A stretch of DNA of 64,000 nt from the human T2T-CHM13v2.0 reference genome, Homo sapiens: NCBI RefSeq assembly GCF_009914755.1, contig NC_060926.1; one strand, written 5' to 3'. Shown in pieces: positions 26,704 through 41,337 of the stretch. The notes below the pieces were generated by a model. It did not search any database, was not told the DNA's origin, and worked only from the letters and a program-made list of their open reading frames with translations. The position numbers and the translations under genes are program-made. Position 1 is the stretch's first letter, and each line of letters opens with the position of its first letter.

Positions 26704-28439
26704 TAGTTACATATCAGTTAACGATAGAAATACCTTCTGAGATATGCGTCCTTAGATGATTTCATCATTTGTGAACATCATAGAGTATACTTATGCAAAT
26801 GTAATGGTATAGCCTATTGCTCCCAGCCTTCAAACCTATACAGCATGTTACTTTTCTGAATACTGGGGGCCATTGTAACAGAGTATTTGTGCACCTGTGA
26901 TGGTTAATATAAAATGTCAACTTGATTGAAGGATGCGAAGTATTATTTCTGGGTGTGTCTGGATGCTTCTGGGTGTTGCCAGAAGAGACTAACATTTGAG
27001 TTCATGGACTTGGAGAGGAAGACCCATTCTCGGGAAGACCCACCCACAATGTGGGTAGGCACCATCCAATTGGCTGCTAGTGTGGCTATAAAAAGCAGGC
27101 AGAAGGTGGAAGACTTTTTGAGTATTCCGTCCTTCATCTTTCTCCCGTGCTGGCTGCTGGATGCTTCCTGCCCTCGAATGTCAGACTCCAGGTTCTTTGG
27201 CTTTTGGACTCTTGGACTTACACCAGTGGTTTGCCAGGGGATCTTGGGCCTTCAGCCACAGACTGAAGGCTGCACTGCCAGCTTCCCTACTTTTGAAGTT
27301 TTGGGACTTGGACTGTGCCACTACTGGCTTCCTTGCCTCTTAACTTGCAGACGGCCCATCTTGGGACTTCACCTTGTGATCGTGTGAGTCAATTCTCTTT
27401 AATAAAAGCTCCTTTTCATATATACGTACATTCTATATATGTATAGTTTCCCGCTAGAGAACCCCAACTAATACAGTACCTAAACGTATATAAACATAAA
27501 AAGGTACAGTAAAAATACAGTATAAAAGATAATGCTACACCTGTACAGGGCACTTACCATGAATGGAACTTGTAGGACTGGAAATTGCTCTTGGTAAAGG
27601 CAGTGAGTGTTGAGTGAATACAAAGGCCTACAACATTACTATACACTACTGTGGACAATAAACACTGTATGCTTAGGCTACACTAAATTTATGAAATAAA
27701 TTTTTCTTTCTTCAATACTAAATTAACCTTAGCTTACTGTAACTTTTTTACTTCATAAACTTTTAAATTAAGAAACACTCTTGACTGTTTTGTCATAATA
27801 CTTAGCTTAAAACACAAATACATGGCACACAGCTATACAAAATTATTTTATTTCTTTATATCCTTATTCTATAATTTTTTTTCTATTTTTGAAGTTTTCC
27901 TTTTTTATCTTTTTCAACTTTTTTGTTAAAAACTAAGACACAAACACACATTACTCTAGGCATACACAGGGTCAGGATCATCAATATCATTGCCTTCCAT
28001 GCCCACATCTTCTCCTGGAAAGCCTTCAGGGGCAATTAACATGCATGGAGTTGTCATCTCCTATGATAACAATGTCTTCTTCTAGGATATCTTCTGAAGA
28101 AACTGCCTGAGGCTGTTTTACAGCTAACTTATTTTTTATAAGTAGAGTTCACCTTAAAATCATGATTAAAAGTATAGTATAATATATACATAAGCCAGTA
28201 ACAGAGTTGTTTATTATTTTCAAATTTGGACTGCACATAATTGCAAGTGCTATACTTTTATACCACTGGAAATGCAGCAGGTTTGTTTACATCAGTATCA
28301 CCACAAACATGTGAGTAATGTGTTTTGCCATGACTTTCCATGGCCACAGGATTTTTTCAGCTCCACTGTAATCTTATAGGACCACTGTTGTATATGAGTT
28401 TCATCATTGGCCAAAATGTCATTATGCAACACATGACTG
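26704..28439 (-). mobile_element. Tigger3b (TcMar-Tigger) non-autonomous element, split by MLT2A2
   Basis: Right end reverse-complements to CAGTCATGTGTTGCATAATGAC (Tigger3 TIR). TA TSDs at 26702-26703 and 28440-28441. About 1.15 kb without the insert. Confidence 0.88.
26896..27475 (+). mobile_element. MLT2A2 (HERV-L) solo LTR
   Basis: TGTGATGGTTAATA...GGGACTTCACCTTGTGATCGTGTGAGTCAAT...CTAGAGAACCCCAACTAATACA. TSD GCACC/GTACC. Confidence 0.92.
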
Positions 28440-28899
28440 TACATAGATATAAAAACATACATATTTGCTTTACACTTTTTTAACCTATTGAATACTTGAA
28501 TAGATGGAGAGAAAAATTATGTTTTAAAAGTTCTCACTATCCTAATGTATATATTTATTTGATCAAAATTAAAATAACAATGATATGTGTTTTGGAGGAG
28601 GCCCTCCAAAAGGAGAACTCCAACATGAGAACTTAAAATTGAACAAATGCAAATAAGCCAAAGGAATTGGACAAAAAATGATTAGAGGGCACTTTCTCCA
28701 TTGAATATTATAATATTTCTTAAAAGCAAAATAATTAACAAAACATCATATTGATATGGAAATGGATAGGTTAAGTTAATCTTAGTAGAACTAAATAAGA
28801 AATTCAGAAACAGATTATAAACACACACAAACACACCTCTCTACCCCTCCTTCCTACCACTTACCTCTATCCTATACACACACACACTCTATACCCACC

Positions 28900-29765
28900 T
28901 ATGTTAGTTTTCTGCTGAAGACTACACATTTATTTTCTTCTGGTTCTGGAGGCAAGAACTTCAAAATGGATCAGGGGGTTGCATTCCTTTGGAAGGCTCT
29001 AGGAGAGAATCTGTTTCCCTGCCTTTCACCTCTTGGAGACTACTTGCATTTCTTAGCTCACGGCTCCTTCCTATATCTTCAAAGCCAACGAAGTACCATC
29101 CTCAAACTTCTCTTTTTCTCTGACCTCTGCTTCCATTGCCACATCTCCTTCTCTGACCCTAACAATTCTTCCTCCCTCTTATAAGAACACTTGTGATTAT
29201 ATTGGGCTCAGCTGAATTGCGATGGTTAGTTTTATGTGAGTATTGGCTAGGCTATAGTTCCCGCTTTAATCAAACATGAATCTAGCTGTTGCTCTGAAGG
29301 CATTTTGCGGATGTGATTAAGGTCCATAACCAGTTGACTTTATGTAAGGAATGTTAGCCCAGATAATCTGGATGAGGTTTATTCTATCAGGTGAAAGACC
29401 TTGAAAGCAGAGCAGAGACTTCCTTGATGAAGAGAAATTCCATCTTTGGACAGGAACTTTACCCTGCATTCAGAATTTTAGCCTAAACTTGCCCTTACCC
29501 TATGGATTCCCTACTCTCTTTGCCAGCTCCCACCATAGCATAAACCAATTTCTTGCAATGTATTCTTAATTTATATTACCTACTGCCACTGTTCTCTAGC
29601 TGAACCATGACTGATACGTGAATAATTCAGGATAATCTCCTGATCTCAATATTTCTAACTTAATCACATCTGAAATTTTTATTTTGACACACAAGTTAAT
29701 ATATTCACAGGTTCAAGGGATAGGACATGAGCATCTTTGAGGGGCCATTTTTCAGCCTACAACTA
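28900..29765 (-). mobile_element. MLT1D solo LTR, split by MLT2D
   Basis: GGAAGGCTCTAGGAGAGAATCTGTTTCC...CTTGTGATTATATTGGGCTCA | ATAATTCAGGATAATCTCC...GGGGCCATTTTTCAGCCTAC. Confidence 0.85.
29218..29618 (+). mobile_element. MLT2D-type solo LTR
   Basis: TGCGATGGTTAGTTTTATGTG...GAACCATGACTGATACG. Perfect TSD TGAAT at 29213-29217 and 29619-29623. Confidence 0.88.
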
Positions 29766-31064
29766 TATATATAGTTGTATATATATATAAAAATATGGAA
29801 TTTCTAATATTGTTTGTTTTAAAATCTAACATCCAAGGCAGAATCCCTAAAGGCAAGGTTGAATGAATTTATGTATAAATGTAACTAACTAAATAAATAA
29901 AAATAAAATATTTAGAAAATGCATTGTAATTAGAGGTAAAATATAATGGCCAATTAAGAAAATGTTTTCTGAAAAAGTATTTGCAATACACATAATAAAG
30001 TATTGCTAGCATTGATACATAAAAAGTCCTCTAAAACAATGAGAAAAATGCAAATTGACCAATAGAAAGGTAAATAAAGATTAGTACCACTAATTCAATT
30101 AAAATGACATGAAAGTGTTCCATGTGAAAAAAGACAAATGTTAAATCTTGTTGGAATCAGATATTCAAATTAAAACAATTATAAGATCCTGTTTTTGCCT
30201 GTTAACTGAGAAAAAAACTAAAATAATAATGTTTAGTATTGGCAAAAAATTTGAAACATACAATTGGTTTTTTTAAAATAATATTTTTAATTTTCACAGG
30301 TACACAGTAGGTATATATATTTATGAGGTACATGGGATATTTTGATACAAGCATGCAATGTCTAATCACACCATAGAAAATGGCATCCATCCCCTCAAGC
30401 ATTTATCCTTTCAGTTACAACCAATCCAGTTATACTCTTGTAGATATTTTAAAATGTACAATTAAATTATTTTGACTATAGTCACCTGTTGTCCCGTCAA
30501 ATACTAGGTCTTATTCAGTCTTTCTATTTTTTTTGTATTTGTTAACCATCCCCACCTCTCCGCAACTCCCTATTACCCTTCCTAGCCTCTGTTAACCATC
30601 TTTCTATTCTGCTTGTCCATGAGTTCAATTGTTTTAATTTGGAGATTCCACAAATAAGTGAGAACATGCCATGTTTGTCTTTTTGTGCCTAATTTATTTT
30701 ACTTAACATAATGACCTCTAGTTCCACCCATGTTGTTGCAAATGACAGGGCCTCATTCTGGTTTATGGCTGAATAGTACTTCATAGTGTATAAGTATTAT
30801 ATTTTCTTTATCTATTCATCTGTTGATAGACACTTGGGTTGCTTCCAAATCTTGGCTACTGTGAATAGTGCTGCAACAAACATGGTAGTGCAAGTGTCTC
30901 TTTGATATACTGATTTCCTATCCTTTGGGTATATACCTAGCAGTGGGATTGCCGGATCATGTGGTAGCTCTACTTTTAGTTTTTTGAGGAACCTCCAAAC
31001 TGTCCTCCATAGTGGTTGTACTAATCTACATTCCCACCAACAGTGTATGAAAGTTCCCTTTTTC

Positions 31065-31455
<391 letters not shown>

Positions 31456-34271
31456 TTAGATTTGCATTTCTATAATATCAATGATATTGAGCATCTTTTC
31501 ATATGCCTATTTGTCATTTGTATGTCTTCTTTTGAGAAATGTCTATTCAAATCTTTTGCCAATTTTTAGAAAATCAGATTATTAGATTTTTTTTCGTAGA
31601 GAGTTGCTTGAACTCCTTATATATTCTAGTTATTAATTCCTTGTCAGATGTGTAGTTTGCAAGTATTTTCTCCCATTCTATGGGTTGTCTCTTCACTTTG
31701 TGAACTTTTTCCTTTTCTGTGCAGAGGACTTTTTAACTTGATGTGATCCCATTTGTCCATTTTTGCTTTTGTTGACTGTGCTTGTCAGGTATTACTTAAG
31801 AAATTTTTGCTTAGACCAATGTCCTGGAGAGTTTCTACAATGTTTTCTTGTAGTAGTTTCATAATTTGAGGTCTTAGGTTTAAGTTGTCAATCAACTTTG
31901 ATTTGATTTTTGTATATATAGATAGATAGGGGTCTAGTTTCATTCTTCTGCAAATGGATATGCAGTTTTCCTAACAGCTTTTATTGAAGAGACTGTATTT
32001 TTTCCAGTGTATGTCCTTGCCACTTTTGTCAAAAATGAGTTCATTGTAGGTGTGTAGATTTGTTTCTGGGTTCTCAATTCTGTTCCATTGGTCTGTGTGT
32101 CTGTTTTTATGCCAGTACCATGCTGCTTTGGTTTACTATAGCTCTGTAGTATAATTTGAAGTCAGGTAATGTCATTCTTCCACTTTTGTTCTTTTTGCTC
32201 AGGACAGCTTTGGCTATTCTGGGTCTTTTGTGGTTCCATAAAGATTTCAGGATTGTTTTTTCTATTTCTGTGAAGAATGTCATTGGTATTTTGATAGGGA
32301 TTGCACTGAATTTATACATTGTGTTGGGTAGTATGGACATTTTAACAATATTTATTCTTCCAATCCACGAACATGAAATATCTTTCCATTTCCATGTTTC
32401 TTTTTTGTCTTTTTCAATTTCTGTCATCACTGTTTTATAGTTTTCATTGTAGAGTGCTTTCACTTCTTTAGTTGATTTCTAGGTATTTAATTTTATTTGT
32501 GGTTATTGTAAATGGGATTAGTTTTTGATTTCTTTTTCATATTGTTCACTGTTGGTATATAGAAATGCTACTGATTTTTGTATGTCGATTTTTTTCCTGA
32601 AACTTTACTGAATTTATCAGTTCTAATAGTTTATTTTTGGAGTCCTGAGGTTTCAACAAATGCAAGATCATATCGTTTGCAAAGAAAGATAATTTGAATT
32701 TTTCCTTTCCAATTTGGATGCCCTTTATATCTTTCTCTTGTCTGATTGCTCTAGCTAGAACTTCCAGTACTCTGCTGAATAACAGTGGTGGAAGTGGAAA
32801 TCCTTGTAGTGTTCTAGATCTTATAGAAAAAGCTATGAGTTTTTCCTCATTCATGATAATACTGGTTGTGGGTCTATGGCATATGGCTTTTATTATGTTG
32901 AGGTATGGTCCTTATATCCCCAGTTTTTTGAAGGTTTTTATGATGAAGGGATGCTGAATTTTATCAAATGCTTTTTCAGCATCAATTAAAATGATTATAT
33001 GGTTTTTGTCCTTCATTCTGTTGATATGATGTATCATATTGATTGATTTGCATAGGTTGAACCATCTTTGCATCCTAGGGATAAATCCCACTTGGTCATG
33101 ATGAATAATCTTTTTCATTTATCATCGAATTTGGTTTGCTAGTATTTTGTTGAGGATTTTTCCATCAATATTCATTAGAGATATTGGCTGGCGATTATTC
33201 TGTTTTTGATGTGTCTTTGTCTGGTTTTGTTATCAGGGTAACACTGGCTCCATATAATGAATTTGGAAGTATTTGCTTCTCCTATTTTTCAGAAAAATTT
33301 GAGTAGGGTTGGTATTAGTTCTTTTTTAAATGTTTGGTAAAATTCAGCAGAGACGCCATCAGGTCCAAGACTTTCCTTTGCTGGGAATTTTTTATTACAG
33401 CTTCCATCTTGTTACTTGTTATTGGTACATTAAAGTTTTGGATTTCTTCATGGTTCAAATTTGTTAGATTGTATGTGTCTAGAAATTTGTCTATTTTTTT
33501 CTAGGTTTTCCAGTTTATTACACATAGTTGCTCCTAGTAGCCACTAATTATGCTTAAAATTTCTGTGGTATCAGTTGTAATGTCTCCTTTTTCATCTCTG
33601 ATTTTATTCATTTGGGTCTTCTCTGTTTTTTTCTTAGTTATTCTGGCTAAAAGTTTGTCAATTTTGTTTATTTTTTCAAAAAACCATCTTTTTGTTTCAA
33701 TGATTTTTTGTATTGTATTCATTATTTCAAATTCATTTATTTCCACTCTGATCTTTATTATTTCTTTTTATCTACTAATTTTGGGTTCAGTTTTCTCTTG
33801 CTTTTCTATTTCTTTAAGATGCGTAATTCGATTATTTATTTGAAATTCTTCTTCTTTTTTTGATGCAGGCACTTACAGCTATCAACTTCCCTCTTAGTAC
33901 TGTATCCCATAGGTTTGTATGTTTTGTTTCCATTATCATTTGTTTCAAAAAATTTTTTGATTTTCTTCTTAGTTTCTTCATTGACTGCCAGGTCATCCTG
34001 GAACATATTATTTAATTTCCATGTATTTGTATGGCTTCTAAAATTCCTCTCATTGATTTCTAGTTTTATTATATTGTGGTCATAGAAGATGCTTGATATT
34101 ATTTCAATTATTTAGAATGTTTTAAGACTTGTTTCGTGACCTAACATATGGTCTATACTTGAGAATGATACATGTGCTGAGGAGAAGAATGTGTATTCTG
34201 CAGCCATTGCATGAAATGTTCTGTAAATATCTATTAAGTCCATTAGTTCTATACTGCAGATTAAGTCCAAT

Positions 34272-34301
34272 TTGTTGTTGTTGTTGTTGTTGTTGTTGTT
34301 G
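34272..34301. repeat. (TTG)10 microsatellite inside L1 ORF2
   Basis: Direct reading. Confidence 0.97.
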
Positions 34302-35253
34302 ATTTTCTGCCTGGAAGCCCTGTCCAATGCTGAAAGTGGGATGTTGAAATCTCCAGCTATTATTGTATTGAGGTCTATGTCTCTCTAGCCCTAATAATAT
34401 TTGCTTTATACAATCTAGGTGCTCCAATATTGGTTGCATATATATTTACAATAATTAGATTCTGTTGCTGGATTGACCCCTTTATCATTATGTAATAACC
34501 TCCTTTGGTTCTTCTTACAGTTTTTGTCTTGAAATCTCTTTTGTCTGATATAAGCATAGCTACTTCTGCTCTTTTCATGGTTTCCATTGGCATAGAATAT
34601 CTTTTTCCATCTCTTTATTTTCAGTCCATGTGTATCTTTATAGGTGAAGTGTGTTTCTTTAGGGAACAGATTATTGAGTCTTGTTTTTTTTCACCTATTC
34701 AGCTACTCTGTCTTTTGATGGGACAGTTTAGTTCATTTGCATTGAATGTTATACTAGTAAGTAGGGACTTTTGCATTTTTTGTTTTCTGGTAGTTTTGTG
34801 GTCTTCTCTTCCTTCTTTCCTTCCTTTCTGTCTTTCTTTTAGTGAAGGTGATTTTTTAATGGTGGTATGATTTGATTTCTTGCTTTTTATTTTTTGTGTA
34901 TCTATTGTGTGTTTTTTTATTTGAGGTCACCATGAGGCTTGCAAATACTATCTTATAACCCATTATTTTAAATTGGTGACAACTTAACATTGATTGCATA
35001 AACATATGAACAAGCATGCAAAAGAAAACCAATACAAACTCTACACTTTAATTTCATCCCCCTACCTTTCTAACTTTTTGTTGTTTCTCTATTTCTTATT
35101 GTACTTTGTCTTGAAAAGTTGTAGTTATTATTTTTGATTTGTTCATTATTTAGTCCTTCTACTTAAAATAAGAATAGTTTATACACCATAATTAGGGTGT
35201 TATAATATTCTGTGTGCTTCCTATTAGCAGTAAGTTTTGTACATTCAGATGAT

Positions 35254-36036
35254 TTTTTTTTTTCTTTTTTAACTTTTAAGTTCAGGGGTACATGTGCAGG
35301 TTTGTTGTATAGGTAAACTTGTGTCATGGGGTTTGTTGTGCAGATTATTTTGCCACCAGGGATTAAGCCTAGTATCCATTATAAAATTTTTCTGATCCTC
35401 TCCCTCCTCCCACCTTCCACCCTCTGATAGGCCCCAGTGTCTGTTGTTCCCTTCTATGGGTCCATGTGTACTTATCATTTAGGTCCCACTTATAAGTGGA
35501 ACATGCAGTATTTGGTTTTCTGTTCCTGTGTTAGTTTGCTAAGGATAATGGCCTCCAGCTCCATCTATGTTCCTGTGAAGGACATGATCTCATTTTATGG
35601 CTGCATAGTATTCCATAGTGTAAATGTACTACATTTTCTTTATCCAGTCCACCATTAATGGGCATTTAGATTTATTCCATGTCTTTGCTATTGTGAATAA
35701 TGCTGCAACAAACATGAATGCGCATATGTCTTTGTGATAGAACAATTTATATCCTTTTGGCTATATACGCAGCAATGGAATTACTGGGTCAAATGGTAGT
35801 TCTGTTTTTAGATCTTTGAGGAATCACTACACTGTTTTCCACAAAGACTGAACTAAGTTATACTCCCACAGACAATATGTAAATGTTCCTTTCTCTCCAC
35901 AACCTCGCCAGCACCTGTTATTTTTTGGCTTTAGTAATAACCATTCTGATTGGTGTGAGATGGTATCTCGTTGTGGTTTTGATTTGCATTTCTGTGATGA
36001 TTAGTGACATTGACCATTTTTTTCATATGCTTGGCC
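35254..36036 (-). mobile_element. 5'-truncated L1PA13-16-type element nested in the L1MA
   Basis: TTAACTTTTAAGTTCAGGGGTACATGTGCAGG 3' end. Host sequence resumes at TTGCTCATTAAC. Confidence 0.9.
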
Positions 36037-39000
36037 TTGCTCATTAACATTATTTTGTTTCAGATGAAAGAACTCCCTTTAGCATTTCTTGTAGGACAGG
36101 CCTGGTGTTGATGAAATCCCTGAGCTTTTGTTTGTCTGGGAAGGTCTTTATTTCCCCATCGTGTTTGAAAGATATTTTCACAGGATATACTATTCTAGAA
36201 TAAAATTTTTTTCCATCAGCACTTTAAATATATCATGATACTCTCCTGTCATGTATGTTATTCGTTTCTTTTGTGGCTTTTAGAATTATTTCTTTATCCT
36301 TGACCTTTGGGAGTTTGATTTTAAGATGCCTTGAGGTATCCTACTTTGGGTTAAATCTGCTTCAAGTTCTATGGCCTCCTTGTACTTTCTTTGATATCTT
36401 TCTCTAGGTTTGGGAAGTTCTCTGTTATTATCCCTTTGAATAAGCTTTCTATGCCTATCTCTTTCTCTACCTCCTCTTTAAGGCCAATGCCTCTTAGATT
36501 TGCCTTTTTGAGGCTATTTTCTAGTTCTTGGAGGCATGCTTCAGTTTTTATTTTTTTCTTTTGTCTCCTCTGACTGTATTTTCAAATAGCTTGTCTTCAA
36601 GTTCATTAATTCTTTCTTCTGCTTGATCAGTTCTGCCACTAACAGATTATGACACATTCTTCATTATGTCAATTCCATTTTTTAACTCTGGAATTTTTGC
36701 TTGATTCTTTTTAACTACTCCAACCTTTTTGTTAAATTTATCTGATAGAATTCTGAATTTATTTTCCATGTTATCTTGAATTTCTTTGCATTTCCTCAAA
36801 ATAGCTATTTTAAATTATCTTTCTGAAGGGTCATATATCTCTGTTTCTCTAGGATTGGTCCCTGGTGCCTTAGTTATTTTCATGAGGTCATGTTTTCCTG
36901 GGTGATTTTGATGCTTGCAGATGTTTATCAGTGTCTGCGAATTGAAGAGTTAGGTATTTATTGGAGTTTTCACAGTCTGGGCCTGTTTGTGCTTACCCTT
37001 CTTAAGGAGGCTTTCCAGGTATTTGAAGGGATGTGGGCCCCAAGCCTAATAACACTGTGGTTTTTGCAGACTTATTGAAGTACTTGGTGGTCTTGAATAA
37101 GATCTGAAAGAATTATCTGGATTATCAGGCAGAGACTCATGTTCTTTTTTCTTACTTTCTCCCAGACAGATGGAGGCTCTCTCTCTGTGCAACTGGGGGT
37201 GTGGTGATGCAAATATCCTTCTGGCCACCGACACTGGGGCCGTGCTGGGTCAGACCTGAAGGCAGCACAGCACTGGATTTCACCTGAGGCCCTCTATAAT
37301 CACTACCCGGCTGCCACCTATGTTCACTCAAGACCCTATGTTCATTCAACGGCTCTATAATCAGCAGATGGCAAATCCAGCCAGGTTCATGTGCTTCCCT
37401 TCAGGATGGTGAGTTTCCCTAGGCCCCAGGCAGGTCAAGAGATGTTGTCTGGGAGCCAGGGATTACAGTTAAAAACCTTGGTAATTGCTTGATGTTCTGT
37501 TTTACTGTTGGTAAGCTGGTACTCAAACCACAACACAAAGTCCTGTCCTCTCTTCCCTTCCCTTTCCTCAGGCACAGGAGCCTCTCTCTGTGGCCACCAC
37601 ACCCACTGGCCCATGAGGGGTTCTGCCAGACCACTGATGATGTTCACTTAAAGTCCAAGGGCACTTCAGTCAGCTTGTGTTGAATGTTGCCAGGCCTGGG
37701 ACTCACCCTTCAGGACAGTAGGCTCCTCTCTGGACCTAGGGCAGGTCCAGAAATGCCATCCAAGAGCCTAGGCCTAGACTAGGGGACCCCAAGAACTTGC
37801 TTGTGGCTCTACCCCACTGTGGCCAAGCTGGTACCTAAAAGTGCAAGACAAAGTCCCCTTTATTTTTCCCTCTGCTTTCCTCAAACAGGAATCTTTTGCC
37901 TGTAGCCACCACACCTGGGAATGTATTGGGTCCCATCTGAAGTCAGCATGTCTCAGAGCCCAGGGTCCACGGTGTACTACGTGGGTATCACTGCTAGTTA
38001 TTCAGGGCCTGAGAGCTCTTTAGCCAGCAAGTAATGAATCCTGCTGGGACTGGGTCCTTCCATTCAGGACAGTGGGCTCCCCTTTGGCCCAGGGTGTATC
38101 TAGAAACGTCATCTATAAGCTAGGGCCTGGGATGGGGGCCTGATGATTCTGCCTGGTGCCCTCTACTGTGACTAAGCTCGTATTCAAGATGCAAGACAAA
38201 GTCCTCTTTACTATTTACTTTTCTCTCCTTAAGCAGAAGGAAGGAGTCACTTTCCTTGCTGGGAGTTGGGCAGCCTGGGGTTGGGGTAGGGGTGGCACAA
38301 CCACTCCCTTAACTGCCTCAGCTTATGTCTCCCTAGGTCATGTGCTGCCTTAGTCCTCTGTCTCTAAGCCTAGCTCAGAATTAGGAGTTGCCTAGGAATT
38401 GTAGTCCTTGTGCCCTAGACTGCTTTTCAAGTTTACCTAGGACCCTAAAGCACTTTGGCTTGCTGGGGCAAGACTTGCCAAGAAACTCAATTTCTGATCA
38501 TTGGGATGGGTGATTCCCCTGTGGCTAGGGCTGGTTCAAATGCTCCCTCCATGCACGGGCACTGGCTGAACTCAGCATGGCCTTGCTCTCTGTATGGCAG
38601 GGCAGCCCTAAGTTCAGTGTAGAGTCTACCAGTCATTGTATTATCCCTGCCCCAAATGCGCAGTTTCTCTGTGCTGCATGGCCTCTGCCTGGGGATAGGA
38701 AAGAGGTAGTGTAGGTGATTCCAGACCGTCTCTCCGATCCTCTGTGATGCCTTCTACAGCAATATGAAGTTAAAAACAGGTCCTGTGATTGCTCATTGGA
38801 TTTTTGGTTCTTGGGATGGTGCTTTTCTGTGTGTGAAAAGTTGTTAAAATTTGATGTTCCTGCTGGGGGGATGGACAGTGTAGGCTTCTGTTCCACCATC
38901 TTGTTCACCTCCCTTGCAATTGGTTTTGAATAGCAATTAGGCAGGATGCATCAAATTCCTTAAACTTGATCTAATCATTCAGCTTCCAAGGACTTGCGAG

Positions 39001-39059
39001 GAAATAAGGGTCGACAAAGGTTTTTGATTTTTGTTTTTGTTTTCCTGTTTTATTTGTAT

Positions 39060-40215
39060 TGCCTTCCAAGAGTGTTTCTCATTTATTCCCTGTTGACATC
39101 ATTCTTTCTCATGGCTTTCAATATCACTCATGTTGATAGTTTCTAGGTAAGTAACTCCAGCCAGTTCTCTCTTCTGAATTTGAATCAACATGTCTGTGTC
39201 ATATCTGATAGACACTTCACACCTAACATGTCCAGACTGTATTTCCAACATCTCTTTCCCTCAACCTGCTCTTCCTGCAGTGTTCTCCAATTCAGGATGC
39301 TCCAGTTTTTAGGCTGAAAATGTTGGAGTCATTCTTGACTCTTCCTTTATCTTTTTCTCATCCTATATCCAATTTGTCAGCAAGTATCATAGGCTATACA
39401 GTCCCAATATATCAAGAATTGGATCCTTTCTCATACCCTCTACATGCACTCCCTAAGTCCAAATCATCATCATTTCTAGCCTGGCTTAATGCAGTCAGCC
39501 ACCTATTGGATTTTCTGGTGTCCCTGCTTTTCTCTTCAATCATTCTCAATCCAACAAACAAAGTGATCACATAAAAACATAAGTAAGATGTTATTCTTTT
39601 TCTCAGATGGTTTTCTATTGAACAAAAAATTCAAAGACCTTATGTGGTCTATAAGAGAGGCAACTATAATTTATCATTCCAACTGGGATATGTTTCAGAA
39701 TAAAAGTGGAGCACTATCCATAATTATTTTAGAAAAATCAGTGCAAACTGCTCCTTTACTCTGTTACTCCTCTGATCTCATCTTTTACCATTCTTCTTTT
39801 TATTCATTCTGTGCCAGCTTCTCTTGCATTCTCAACATGCCAGGGATGCTCTGCCTCAGTAACTTTGCATTTACTGTTTATTTTTTCTGGAATGTTCTTT
39901 TTAAAAATTGTTCACAAATTGCCCCCTTGTTTCCTTTAGGCCTTTTACAAATGTCACTTTCTTAATGAGACGTTCTCTGACTTTCCTTTTCACGCTCATT
40001 TATTTTCTCCCTTTCTTTCTTACCTTTTTATTGTTCTTCTTAGCACTATCTAATATGCCATATATTTTATTAATTTATCTTAATAGTCTGCCTCTTTCAC
40101 TGGGACATGAGAACTTCAAGGGCGGGGTTTTATCTCTCTTTTGTAACCTTTTTTTACTTTGGTATTTTTTGCATGTAGAATAAATATTTGTTGAATGAAT
40201 AAATGAATGAGTGAA
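39060..40215 (+). mobile_element. L2a 3' portion
   Basis: CCTAACATGTCC, TTGGAGTCATTCTTGACTCTTC, terminal TAAATATTTGTTGAATGAATAAATGAATGA. Confidence 0.85.
39657..39750 (+). mobile_element. MER81-like hAT-Blackjack fragment within L2
   Basis: GGCAACTATAATTTATCATTCCAACTGGGATATGTTTCAGAATAAAAGTGGAGCACTAT resembles recalled MER81. Confidence 0.6.
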
Positions 40216-40684
40216 GAAGTCACTATACTTTATAAATGTAAATAATTAGAATATATTTACATGTTCAACATTAAAAAATTAGTTAAATTATGGTGCATTT
40301 ATATGATATAATATTGTTCAGCCAATAAAAATGATGATATAAGTACATTCATTTAAAGGGAATGTTGCATGATTAAAATAATTTTACAAAGCAGTATGCA
40401 TTGTCTGGTATTATTTGCATGCAGATGTGAGCAAATATGCATAGTGCTAATTGTGGTTACCACAGGGCTATGAGATTATAGCTAATTTTTACTTAATTCT
40501 TTTTGTGAATCTGAAAATTCTACCTTCATTCCAATGTGCAGGTAGGATTTGTGTAATAAAAAAATGAGATAAAGTCATAAAAACTGGCATCATTGTTGGT
40601 GAAAGTCTAGAGTATTTTTTACCTATTCTTTGTATCATTTTGGATGTGAACTCTCATTTTTGGGGCATAATTTCACTAAAAAAA

Positions 40685-40826
40685 TAGCTTTCAAAACTTT
40701 TAAAGCCATGGAAACTATCTTCAAGAAACTTAAGCAACTAAAACTGATGGAAAACGTCTCCAGTTGAAAAAGAGTGTAGGGAGCATAGGTTCAGGACAAT
40801 GAGAAACTCATTTTGAAAAACACTGA
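40685..40826. mobile_element. hAT-Charlie MITE (MER103C-like)
   Basis: CTTTCAAAACTTTTAAAGCCATGGAAAC ... TTTGAAAAACACTG terminal motifs. Confidence 0.5.
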
Positions 40827-40848
40827 AAGAGATGATCCCTTGAGTCCA

Positions 40849-41210
40849 GTGGCAGAGACAGCGGCTCTGATTAGGGTTCTTCTTCCATAATGTAGAGTGT
40901 GGCAGGGATGTAGCTGCCAGCCATAGACTCCTTTGCCCAGTTTATTTTACATCTAGGTGAGGCCATGCCATGTGGGTGAGAGGGATGATCACCACTACCA
41001 GGCCTGGCCCATAACCAACACTCTGAGACCCTCTACATTATTCTCCCTGTCAGCTAGATGTTGATGCCAGAGTACTTTTAGAAGCCATGCATTGATAATG
41101 GCTGAAATTATCCTCATGCTCTGAATGACAACACGAGGCACCTCCAATTACTACTTATGACTTCTATTGCATGTAAAATTTTGAAGTTTATCTATTATAT
41201 CAGCTAGACT
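40849..41210 (+). mobile_element. MLT1J-type LTR
   Basis: GTGGCAGAGACAG...CACTACCAGGCCTGGCCCATAA...TAGAAGCCATGCATTGATAATGGC. Confidence 0.72.
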
Positions 41211-41297
41211 TTTTTTCACATTCTTTAAAACTGCACAGTTCTATTTATTCACGCATCATAGCAGAATTTAAGCAACTAACTGTATTTTCAGGTACAC

Positions 41298-41337
41298 TTT
41301 TCCTCATATGGAGCAAATTTTCCTCATATGGAGCAAA
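41298..41337. repeat. Perfect 20-bp tandem duplication
   Basis: TTTTCCTCATATGGAGCAAA x2. Confidence 0.97.

Noticed and set aside
26926-27387. 153-aa ORF
   Set aside because: Entirely inside the MLT2A2 LTR.
34112-34439. PolyQ/polyN proteins
   Set aside because: Translation of a (TTG)10 microsatellite in dead L1 sequence.
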